DNA of 64,000 bases from Spongospora subterranea f. sp. subterranea. Taxonomy: Eukaryota. Shown in pieces: positions 51,080 to 62,140 of the stretch (positions are counted from its first letter, which is position 1; the number at the start of each line of letters is the position of its first letter). The stretch covers positions 1 to 64,000 of the forward strand of contig JAUGWO010000114.1 in NCBI GenBank assembly GCA_049724395.1. The letters are read 5' to 3'. A program made the translations under genes and the position numbers. Below the pieces are notes generated by a model. The model made no database searches. It was given only the letters and a program-made list of their open reading frames with translations, and had not been told where the DNA came from.

Positions 51080-52192
51080 TCACTGTACAACATGGGCGGG
51101 TGTTGTTGTGGGCAGGACGACCGGCTGGTGATTGTGATCGTGCTGCGATAGGAAGGTGTTCACCATACCGATGGCGTCCATTACGATATGGTATGCACTT
51201 CTGGGATCGTCGTGATCCAGCATTAGGGATCGCTTCCATCGCGACGATACGGGGGTGGACGAGAACAGATTCTGCAGAGGATGTAACAACGAGCGTCGAT
51301 TCTCTGAACCAATTTGTTCCTGATCGTAAACGAATAACCCGTATTTGATCGCCGCTTCTAATCGCTCGGCTATGAAATCGTTCGAATCGCTCTCAGATAC
51401 CGAATGTTCCAGTTTCCAGAGGACGAACGGGTTATCCCGTATGGATCTGCCGAGCATGACGCCTTTCATCAGATCGCCGCTCGCGCGGACGTCCGCCAAC
51501 GTGGCGATCTCCCCGTTGATGACGATATCGAGATGGGGATAGTCGCCAGCCAATCGCCGAACAACATCATGGCGCAATGGGGGAACCGATCGATTGTGCT
51601 TGGGATTGACAGCGAGCAGCGCCTTGCGAGCGTGAACAACGAATCGCCGGACGCCAGCACTGGCGATGCGGTCGATAAATTCCGATAGAAACTCGTACGA
51701 ATCCTGACCATCGACCCCGATACGACATTTGATGCTGATCGGGACCTGAACCGAATCGACGACGGCCTGGACCGATTGTTGGATGGATTTGTCCAACATG
51801 AGACAAGCGCCGAATCGTCCATGTTGTACGGCCGATGATGGACAACCCATGTTCAGGTTAACTTCGTTATACCCAGCGTGCTGACAATGCTGTGCCGCTT
51901 GGGATAGATGATCGGGATCACGACCGCCGATCTGAGCGACCGAATGTTCTGGGTGGGAATAACGGCGCAACGCCCTGGATCTGGTGAGATCATCGCCCAT
52001 TGTCAGTGAGCGATCCACGATCATCTCGCTATACAATACGGCGCGTGGGCTGAGTAGCCAGCAGAGATGGCGGAAAGCGGGGGTTGTGATCTGACACCAG
52101 ATGACGGTCAGAAACACGGCCAGAGGATATGGTGATCAATCGCTGGCCCAGACCTTCATCATTGGTGCGACATGTATTGGAACTGGAACCAT
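51080..52192 (-). CDS. dusA: tRNA-dihydrouridine synthase, DusA type
   Basis: HVAPMMK|ITTPAFR, LYSEM, EVNLNMGCPS, SIKCRIG, VHARKA, NRSVPPL, INGEI, GVMLGR. Confidence 0.9.
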
Positions 52193-52296
52193 TTCCAGGG
52201 AACCCACCTTATCTCTCAACCTCTTCAACACCCTCTCAGGTTCAAGTTTGAATTCAGGTTCAGGTTATCCTCTCCGTTGCGCCATGAGCCCATCGC

Positions 52297-52466
52297 TGCC
52301 ATGAACTTGCGCTGTCGTGCCATGAAGTTGCGCTGTCGTGCCATGAAGTTGCGCTGTCGTGCCATGAAGTTGCGCTGTCGTGCCATGAAGTTGCGCAATC
52401 GTGCCATGAAGTTGCGCAATCGTGCCATGAAGTTGCGCTGTCGAATTCCCACGAAGTTGCGCCGTC
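52297..52466. repeat. 21-bp tandem repeat, ~8 copies
   Basis: Unit tgccatgaagttgcgctgtcg. Confidence 0.95.
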
Positions 52467-53119
52467 ATCCGACTGTCACGAGGTGGTGAAGTGGCGATCA
52501 CTTTTGGGTGGCCATTGTGGATCACAAACAGATGTAATCGCCGTCATGTTATAGGGAGTCTGTTGTTGTTTGACTCTTAAACAGGAGACTTCCCAACTTT
52601 TCTCAAGTATGTTTTGGGGTAGCTCCTGGAATTTATTATGGTTCTAATCGTTGCTCTCAAATACCCAATCGGGGTTGTGGTTGAGGGTCATACTGTTAGG
52701 AACTGTGCCCGAGATACACAATTACCAACTGACCCAAAATGTACTATGGTGGCTGTCGGCCATCATTATCTGGTCCTTACAACCTAACACTTTCGGATCA
52801 TGAAAGTGTCCCCCGTTAACGAGCGACCCCCCATGATTTTCCCAGCCCCTGTGCGACTTCCTACAATATCCTCTGATAATGAACATATAAACGAGAGAAC
52901 AGAGAGTTGAGAAAGGAAGAACAAGACGAAACAATCCAGTGAGGCGGTGGATGTCAGGCCAATTAAAGATATAGAGGGGCCAACCCCCTATACCATAATA
53001 TATGTAAACCGCGACTGACCCCCCTGCCAACATTCCAGGAATCGAACTCGCGACCTTCATAGCCATCATATTGTTCATCCACATATTTACAACAACAGTT
53101 AAAAGATCACAATAAATTT

Positions 53120-53990
53120 CAGGAGCTAGCAAAACACAGGTGAGAGAAGTTGGGAAGTCTCCTGTTCACATTATCAGCGAAACAGATATGGTGCACCTGA
53201 TTCCATAACGGATGCCTATCGATTATCGGCCGATCATGGTTATTCTGTGGTGTAATTACCCCAGGAACACCGGTTGCAGATTGCTCCCTTGATGGTGCCG
53301 GATTTGAGGTTGAGCCGATCCCGATAGGCGCCTTAATCATAGTTTTAAGGCAACTGGTATAGGAGAATTTTCCTATACCAATTGCTCAACCAGGGGTTCT
53401 CCCGTATTGGCCACCAATTTGCCATGACGGGGGAGACTTCGAATTGGTCAACAAAGGTTCCGATATACTGTACATATAATCGTGGAAATCCTTTTGAACG
53501 TCGAGTGACAATATCTTCGATAGCAAATTTGAGACGTTTGAAAACAAACTTGTGTTGACAAGTCCAGTTCGCATCAGATAGAGTCACTTTCCGTAAGTGT
53601 GTGTTTATTGGTAGCGGCCCAATCAGTTCGGTGGAATGGTGCAATACTGTTCACCCATTTCCCCCATTGATGTTCTCCATCCGATATGGGGACGCCTCAA
53701 GGCACCTGACGCCCCTGCAAACGCGCCAAATCTGGCTGACGAGCCCGCCTGGGGCCTAATCATCGACTTTACTCGACCATACTGATTCGATCCGCATCTG
53801 GACAATTGACGATATGAATAGTCAGGACATTCGCGAGCCGCTTCAACACGCCCGAACCTGACGGAATCCCCAGCGGTCCCTCGTCATATTGATTGTCATC
53901 ATTCGCTGACGAGGCGGCGCTTGTTAGACCGCGGAATGGGCGACGTTCGCTGCGCCGGTTCCCGCCTGCCAGCCGTCGCCAGGGCATCAA
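53120..53990 (-). pseudogene. Decayed coding remnant, possibly from a transposase
   Basis: Broken frames including NWWPIRENPWLSNWYRK and GIGSTSN; no intact ORF. Confidence 0.25.
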
Positions 53991-55099
53991 AAAATGAAAT
54001 CCAGCAGCGGCCCGAGCAACTAAGTTGGCGAGTAATCCAGGGCGACACTTTTTTGTGTTGGAATGGTGCTGTAATCGCTGGAAGACTTAGGCTCCTGCAC
54101 CAATGTGAATATCGTAAAACGGTCTGGACTTGTTGTAAAATGTGCTTTTCAGCCCGATTGGCTGGGTCGAACCGTTAACTGTTTCTAATAAATACGCCAG
54201 GCTTCTGGTTACGATAACTTGCAACACGAATGTAGTATTGCCAAATTCGAGTAGAAACCACTGACGTTCCCGATCCCGTTTGTTGCAAAGTTCAATTCTG
54301 GAGACGTTGTTTGTCCAGTATGAACTTCTTGTTCAGTTCACAGCAAAACGGTAAAATGAACTTCGAGAATTGATAGATTGGCTGGGAATGTCCATATCCA
54401 AATCCACAAAAAAAAACATGCAATTCCCTATTCATCTCATTGACATCATGGCCGTCACGACAGGTGTTCTACAACAGAAACTTCATTCCAGACCTGAATC
54501 AACCATGAAAAGTGCAAACCAATCGGGACCTTTTCCGAAAAGTGTTAGAGATCGAGATTTGTCAACTGACGATGTCGGCCAGACTTGGCGATGGCGGTTC
54601 ACCCTTTGTTCCTTCGCCGCCGTGGGTTCCGCCGTCTTCGAGCATATCTCATGTACCGTTGGCGTCCACATTTCGGTTGTGCTATCGAACATCGTTTACG
54701 AGTCAGTTCTGTAAGATTGCGCAATCTTGTTCTTTCTAGGTCTCTGTTGTGCGTTGACATTTGTCCTGGTTCTGTTGATCTTCGAGGTGTTATCAGGATA
54801 TTCGTGTCGACGTTCCCATAGTTCTAGAAGGAGGGGCGACATGAGTAGCGCCATTTATTCGGGACTGAGGTCCTCGAAATCTGACAGCATGGCGGGCGGC
54901 GAGAGGCCCCGCCACCTTAACAGGACCCTGGTCCACCAAAAATGATTCAAATGGCGACCGGTTTGGATCAGGGTCAATTTGGTAATAAAATCATAGTTTA
55001 TTCGATTTTATTGTGTTTTGTTTAAAAAGAAACGGAGGTCTTCGCGACTTTTTCAAAATTGCAAAAACTTCTGAATTTTCAAGCAAAACAAGCGGTTTA

Positions 55100-57150
55100 T
55101 TTAAACTCCATGTTGTAATTTGCAATTGATCCATTTGTGAACGTCTTTGGCAAAGACGTTCAGGTATCGGTCAACTACGGTAGCGGTATTGGTCATGTCC
55201 GGAAAACAAATGGCGAAAGCACCACCCATTGCTGATTGTAGAACCCGAATTGCATGTACTCGGACGTCTTTTATCGGCATCTCGGAACCAATTGATTTGA
55301 CCAGCCTGAATTTACCATAACCTTTCATGTATACTCCTAACACCATCCAATGGAAACTGTTATGATAAAAGATTCTGCCTCTGATTATATCATCTGCGCC
55401 TGGCGTCGTTAAGCGCTGTTCTCTGTGATACCAACGGCCTTGCAGAGACCGATGATGCTGAAGATTGACAGTGAAATCGAACGATCCAGGAGGCATGCGA
55501 TTGCACAACGAGCGATTTTGATAGGCTCAGATGGAATCGCATTAAGAAATTCGAACAAGGTGGAAATCATTGTATGGGCATTAAAACCAGTTTGGAAGGG
55601 TCTCGAGCAAATTGCTGGTTCGAGCATGTATCCAAACAAGGCTCTGGAAAATCAAAATTAGAGTAATCATCACGCTTGGAAAGCGACCTTGTTTGGATAC
55701 ATGCTCGAACCAGCAATTTGCTCGAGACCCTGTCCAAACTGGTTTTAATGCCCATACAATGATTTCCACCTTGTTCGAATTTCTTAATGCGACACCGTCG
55801 GTCGAAACACTGATCAGAGACAAATTCGGATGAGACTTCACGATATTGGTGATGGTCTGATTAAATTCGGGATCTGAGTCGTTGTTTTTCTGTGGCCGAG
55901 CAGCTACGATAAACATCGGTGAGATGCCTTCCGGGGTTTTCTGTACAGAAAGAACGGCAACCTGATGCGGCGGCATCAACTTACAATCGAATTCGCGACA
56001 ACCTTCGAGGGTACCTTTAATTCAGAAGACAAATCGTTAAACGCATTGGAGCCTTCGGCGGTTATACTGGCAAACGATGTGCTTGACAGAGGAATTAGAT
56101 GATTTGGATAGATTCGACCAACAATGCTTCCATATTTTGGCGACGACAGCAAAGCCGGGACAGTTACTGTGGCGTCGAATGATAAAGATACATGAAAGAC
56201 CGAAGATGTCGTTTTCGACCGTAATCCCTCCACGTAACGGGTGATACGTCTGTAAATATTGTCGGCCTCTGTGTTGAGGGCACAGAAGTCTATAAGATTA
56301 CAAATCAAAACCGGAACTCATTCATGGCGTTGGACAAAACCACTTACTAACAGCAGCCACCGAAATCCGTTGTATATGACGCCAAGATGGTCCTGGCAAG
56401 TTCGTCGCGATGAGTTTAAATACTTTCCTTCCATAAGATGCAAGCATCAGATAGAAGTCCACCAACACCGATTCAAGTGGGGCGTTCATCTGGCCATTTG
56501 ACCGGGAAACCATTGATCGGAGCATGCACATTAGCAGCGATTCACAAATCTCAGTGTTCGTCGAATATAGATGAGCGAACTTATCCATAAATTCATTTAC
56601 ACCGATGACCTCCTGTCCTTCTCCCAAAGTCATATTTGCAGAACTTAAACGACCTTTCAATCCCTTAACGGAACTGACATAAGCAAGCCATTGTTTAGCG
56701 CACAGCATCAGATGCTTTCGGGCAGGAGTTTGCTGTGTTCTCGGACGAATGCAAGAAATTTTTCACTGCGGTAACTTCAATGATCGATATTTTCTGCCGG
56801 TCAATTGCAAGTTCGACCGCTTTAAGTTTGGCCATTCGTTCAAATCGGTTCCGACTCACACGCGAACCGAATGCCTCCTTGCAGGCTGCACTTATCGCAA
56901 ACCGGGATCCTTTTAGAATTTTCCCATCGCAGCTCAGATGGGTGAACATGCATGACGCCAGCGAAAGAGCGAAAAACCCAATCAGACTGAACACAACCGT
57001 ACTTTTCGTATAAACGGACAAGACCTAAACGGGACTGCATTCCGCCCAGGCAGGTGCGTTTCTTTTTCACAGCAGAGGTAGTGCTAACCACCAAAGCCTT
57101 ATCTGCCTCTAGAACAGCATCGCTACTCCTCACTGCTGTGAAATACGAGG
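55100..57150 (-). mobile_element. Degenerate DNA transposase, P-element/THAP9-like (tentative)
   Basis: A chain of broken ORFs with NLPGPSWRHIQR, VSLSFDAT and LISVSTDG, resembling DDE catalytic blocks. Confidence 0.5.
55537..55792. repeat. Near-perfect inverted repeat, 105-bp arms and 45-nt spacer
   Basis: 55537-55641 vs 55687-55792 differ by one indel. Confidence 0.95.
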
Positions 57151-57164
57151 TAATTAGTCTTGAA

Positions 57165-57655
57165 GACTATGGGACACTGGCAATCTTGTCAAATGCGACC
57201 AAGCTGTCGCACAAGAGTTTCGGGATTGGGATCAGCGGCCATATCTCCTTCTCATAATCTGGTCTGATGGGACCAATCCCATCAGAAAGCAACTTAAAAA
57301 CAGATTTCGCAATTTCACCACAGATACGCTGGTGGACGAAGGCAACCACGAAAGGTTCCTGCAGAATTTGGGCCTGGCAAAATTCGTCTTGTCACCGCCG
57401 GGCAACGGCATCGATTGCCACCGTCATTGGGAGGCAATATTGATGGGCGCTGTGCCAATTGTGTTAAGATCCGGTCTGGACTCTCTTTTTGATCATTCTC
57501 CGGCCATGATTGTCGACAGTTTCGATTATATTCATGAGAATTTGTTAAGGGCCTTGAGGCCGTCATCGACGTATAATGGCAGCATTATGTGGTCGAATTA
57601 TTGGTTGAGAAAAATTAATGATTCTGTTAAGGAATGTTTAATAAAGCATATGTAG
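57165..57655 (+). CDS. Exostosin/GT47-like glycosyltransferase C-terminal fragment
   Basis: KFVLSPPGNGIDCHRHWEAILMGAVPIV. No clear 5' part; it abuts the transposase remnant. Confidence 0.7.
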
Positions 57656-57859
57656 CTGCTGCCATAAATTCAAATTACAAAGCGCCGTAAGGAAACTGAA
57701 GGCATGCGATCTCCTGGTAATGGAGCTTGAAGATATTACCAAGAAAATTGAATCGAATGGGAATAGAGTCATATCTAACACTGTTAATTGATAACTGGTT
57801 AACGAACCGAATGTTCGAGGTCCATTTTCGAAATGTCCAGTCATCACAGTATGAGCAGA

Positions 57860-58460
57860 TTAATGAAATTCCACAAGGATCATGACTTAGTGTTCTACTG
57901 TGGATATTGTATATCTATGATGCACCATTGAAGAGGAACAATACCAACGTATATGTTGACGACAGTGCACAATGGGAACAGGGCACTTCTAAGAAAGAGG
58001 TTCACTGATAAACTAAGAGAAAGCAGCAGCGAAATGTATAAACAGTGCAAAGCCAACAAAAATCAAATTACAATGGATGAAGACGTTGCTTCTGTTTACT
58101 AGACACACAGACTCAGACAAAATAGTCGTTGATGCAAATCACAAAATCCATACTGCGACAACAGTGAAATACCTTGGGGCTAACCTATTGGCAAATCCAG
58201 CTTGGAACAAATCAACAATTCTGATTGATATGACAGAGCCGGCAACCGACATTCGACGACGCTGCAAGTTAATGAGATTATTGAGGCAATCTAAATTACC
58301 GACGAAGCTGTTTCAACAAATCTGTAAAGGATTCATTGGAGGACCACTCAACTACTATCTACCATGGATAACGACGAGAAATCAACGACGAGCACCACTG
58401 TCAGACCAATGGAAATAGCATACAATGATTACATGAGAACATATACAGGATCATTCATAT
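57860..58460 (+). mobile_element. Non-LTR (LINE) reverse transcriptase fragment
   Basis: EIPQGS*LSVLLWILYIYDAP, VYVDDSA, VKYLG. Confidence 0.8.
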
Positions 58461-58529
58461 CGAGGACATCTCAAATGGAATCCTGTCAATTAGTTTTTCA
58501 AAATAAATCATCTCAAATGGGCTTTACCG

Positions 58530-60631
58530 GCTTTTGTGATCCTTTTACAAAACCACGAATGGTCATGGATATGGTTCCAGCGAACCGAGTTATGGTGCGG
58601 GATCAATATCCTATCCCTTATCTCCATACCTATGGCAGTTATTTAGGTGGATCAACCGTTTTCTTTACCCTCGATACCTTCAAAGGCTACTGGCAATTTC
58701 CGGTTTCTGGGGATGTTGAATGCAAAAGTTTTATCACTCCCAGCGGAATTTATACTCCTCATCGCATCAGTAAAGTCAATTGCAACGGCGTATTTGCCTT
58801 TCAGATAAAAAATATGTCCACTATGTTTGAAGGACTGATTCCGAATCTGATTTGGCTGGATGATGTGTTGGGATACGCGGCTAACGAAGCTGATCTTTTA
58901 GCCCTTCTCAAAAGCTGTTTTCGAACGTTTTCGGCTGTTTATCCTCAAGTTAAGTACCTCAAAATGCCACTTCTTTCTGATGGAAGCTCTTTGGTGTGGT
59001 AAGCTTTATTCTGCTAAAGGGTTATGATATTGATCCTAGTCCCTTATCTGCTTTAATCAGCTTTGCTAAACCCGTTACTTCTGCCCATTTACTACAATTT
59101 GTCTGCGCGGTGACTTGGATTGCTGACACCATCTCGAAGTTCGCAAAGCTCATCTTTCCCCTTCGCCAACTCCTCGAAGTTGGTCTTTCATCAGTGCCTG
59201 TTCGATCAAAGAAATCTGCTTCTCGAATACTGTTATCCGAGATTGGATGGTCTAATCAACACAATGATGTGCTTGAGACTGTCATATTGAGGTTATCAAG
59301 AAAGCTATAACGTGATCATTTCCCAGGCTAAACTGGATTCCTTGTTTATTCACTGATGATAGTAAGGACTCTTTCATGATCGCAATCACTCAAATACAGC
59401 CTGAAGATATTGGTGTTCATTTTTCTAAGCGGAGACACGAGCCCTTGGCGTTCCATAGTGGTGCATTTAAAGGATCCGCTGCAAAATTGGTCTGATCCGG
59501 AAAATGAAGCTTATCCCATCCAGTTTGCGCTTAAACGTTTTGATTATCTGTTATGCACTGGTTCCAATGCCTTTAGAATCTTTACTGACCATAACAATCT
59601 AGTTTTCCTTGATGGTCTTACTTCTGTTGCTGTCTTACTTCAGCGACATTCCATCGACAAAATCCATCGTTGGAGGCTGAACCTTGACGGCAAGCATTAT
59701 GTCATCGTGTCGATTACCGGCACCGAGAATGTTTGGGAATAAGAGCTCACGATGGGCGAATTGTTATTATGACCGAAGAGCAAGGTTTAACCAAGTGTGT
59801 CGAGTATCCGCTGCTAATCCATCCACACCGGGAATTCAACCATCACAGCGGCCTGATTTCGTTTGGCCTTTTCATGACCAAAATTCGATCAATCCAACAG
59901 GAGAACGAAATTGAAATGACTTCGAACAAGGCTGTTGACTCTGATGAAGGACAGTATGTTATTCCTGAATCAAATTTGATTTGTAAACCCTCTTCAGCCA
60001 GCAATCTCAAATTCCGTTTACTTGTGTTTGTTCATTGTGGGAGTGCCGCACATCGAGGAATTATAACAATGTTCAATACTCTGAAGGTTCGATTTTATTG
60101 GCGAAAACTTTTCGAAGACGTTAGAACATTTTTTTCATGAACTGTCTCCACTGCGATACAAATCGGGGAGGTAAGGTTATCCCTCGACTATTTGGCCGCG
60201 CGATTCATGCATCACAATGCAACGAAGTAATTCATTTTGATTTCATTCATATTGGACATTCTAACTCCAAAGGATTCCCCAATATTTTGGTTATACAATA
60301 CGATCTGTCAGCATATGTAGACTTCGTTCCCCGTTTGGAAAAAACTGCCGCTTTTCTGGTGAAGTCTCAATTTGATTGGTTTACCAGGTATGGAGTTGCT
60401 TATACCTGGGTATCGGATCGAGGATCGCACATCTCAAACAACGTCATTGAGGAATTACGTCTTTTATTACATGCTAAACACAATTTCACACTGGCATATT
60501 GCTCTTGGACCAATGGGACTGTTGAGGTAATCAATGTTCATCTCTTTCAAGGTATGAGATCGCTGCTCTCCGAGTTCAGGCTTCCTTTCTCGGAATGGCG
60601 GTCGCTCCTAAAACTGGGGATCTTGTCATGA
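58530..60631 (+). mobile_element. Ty3/Gypsy pol remnant (RT-RNaseH-integrase order)
   Basis: LDTFKGYWQ, FITPSG, WLDDVL, FTDHNNL, HRG..FYW, IHFDF, VSDRGSH, NGTVE. Frameshifted. Confidence 0.92.
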
Positions 60632-61086
60632 TCCGAATGTCTCAAGTGTATGAGGACCCGATAATGATTGCCTTCAGCCATCATAGTACCTTTTGAACAG
60701 ATGCTATATAACTGTGTATATCGGGAGCGCCGCTTATTCTGAACGACAGGTTGTCCCTGATGCCAATGCAATTAATCGCCAATTATCAGTCCATCCAACC
60801 AGCTGTCCTCGTTCAGACCATCGGAACAAACGCAAAAAGAAGACAGCATAGCACAGGTAATTTAGAAATCGACAATTGGGATTGACTCTAATTGGACCGA
60901 CAAGCTATTGCACTGTATGATCAACCAGATTCAACAGATCCCCAAATTTCATTACGATTTTAGATGAATTCAATATTGATATCTGATTTGCTTTTGTACT
61001 ATTTTTTTGTATTTGTTTTGTATTCATCAATTGTCGTCAAAGTGACAGTTCACATGTAGGTTTGCAGAATGCCTCCTATTATGGGA

Positions 61087-61872
61087 TTAGGCGAATAGAC
61101 AACCGTTCGCATCGGGCATTTTGTTCAACACAATCAGAATGAAGGACACGGTTGCCAGAACTGAATAAATGATACCTGAAAAGTAATAACAGCAGCTGTC
61201 GATGCCAATGCTCTTCTTGATGATGTAAAATAACATTAGAAAGAATGCAAAAATGACTTTCAATGTGCCCAAGATTATCCCGACGCGTCCTCTGCCGGAC
61301 AATTCCACGATCGGTAACGAGCAAGTGTACACATATATGACGGTTGCCTTCCACATCTCCATCTTCGACAAGCAAGGGAAGTCATGTCGGACGCCGAGCT
61401 CATCGACAAAGAAGTAGGCTGCACGGGAACGGCGAAGTGCGTCGTGACTCTGAGGTAATGGAGCCGCTGACGAATGGGATATTGCTCGGATATGGCTGCC
61501 ATGATGGCCCCATCGTTCGAACCACGTGTAGAAGGCGGCCACGACGGCGACGGCCACGACGGCGCCGAACACCCGCATGACCATCAAATTGATCGGAAGG
61601 CTTCGTGTCAGACAACGCGATTCAGGCGAATAGGGTGCTGCTTGGCCTAGCTCGAGGTGCGAATAGGTAGCGATCTCTTTAGACTCGATGGGCGGCTGTT
61701 GCTGGGACGTCGAAGGGATGCTAATTGGCAGACCCGGAGACTGATGCTCCGACGATGAAGCTGCGCTATTTCCCTGAAGCAGCTTTGAGCCCCCATTGAC
61801 GATATGGATTGTCGGGACCAGTACAGCGATAACCACGATGATCGCCGGATTGTTGGAAATCATCCTCATCAT
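61087..61872 (-). CDS. Hypothetical membrane protein with signal peptide and 3-4 TM segments
   Basis: Intronless ORF of ~260 aa with hydrophobic segments at the N-terminus, middle and C-terminus. Confidence 0.55.
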   Translation of the reverse strand: MMRMISNNPAIIVVIAVLVPTIHIVNGGSKLLQGNSAASSSEHQSPGLPISIPSTSQQQPPIESKEIATYSHLELGQAAPYSPESRCLTRSLPINLMVMRVFGAVVAVAVVAAFYTWFERWGHHGSHIRAISHSSAAPLPQSHDALRRSRAAYFFVDELGVRHDFPCLSKMEMWKATVIYVYTCSLPIVELSGRGRVGIILGTLKVIFAFFLMLFYIIKKSIGIDSCCYYFSGIIYSVLATVSFILIVLNKMPDANGCLFA

Positions 61873-61909
61873 GTTGTGAGTGCTTGTTTGAAATGGAATG
61901 AATTGCCCC

Positions 61910-62140
61910 GACAAGGCGTCTGTGCGAGACTGCGCGACTCACAGCTGACAAGGGGTCAGTGCGAGAATGCGCGACTCACAGCTGACAAGGGGTCAGTGCG
62001 AGAATGCGCGACTCACAGCTGACAAGGGGTCAGTGCGAGAATGCGCGACTCACAGCTGGCAAGGGGTCAGAGCGAGAATGCGCGACTCACAGCTGACAAG
62101 GCGTCCGTGCGAGACTGCGCGACTCACAGCTAACAAAGGG
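61910..62140. repeat. 37-bp tandem repeat, ~6 copies
   Basis: Unit gcgagaatgcgcgactcacagctgacaaggggtcagt. Confidence 0.95.

Noticed and set aside
52172..52525. ORFs with RCRAMKL, RNFMARQ or AQLHGTT repeats
   Set aside because: Translations of the 21-bp minisatellite; an in-frame stop separates it from dusA.
61910..62140. CRISPR-like 37-bp repeats
   Set aside because: Contiguous tandem copies without unique spacers.
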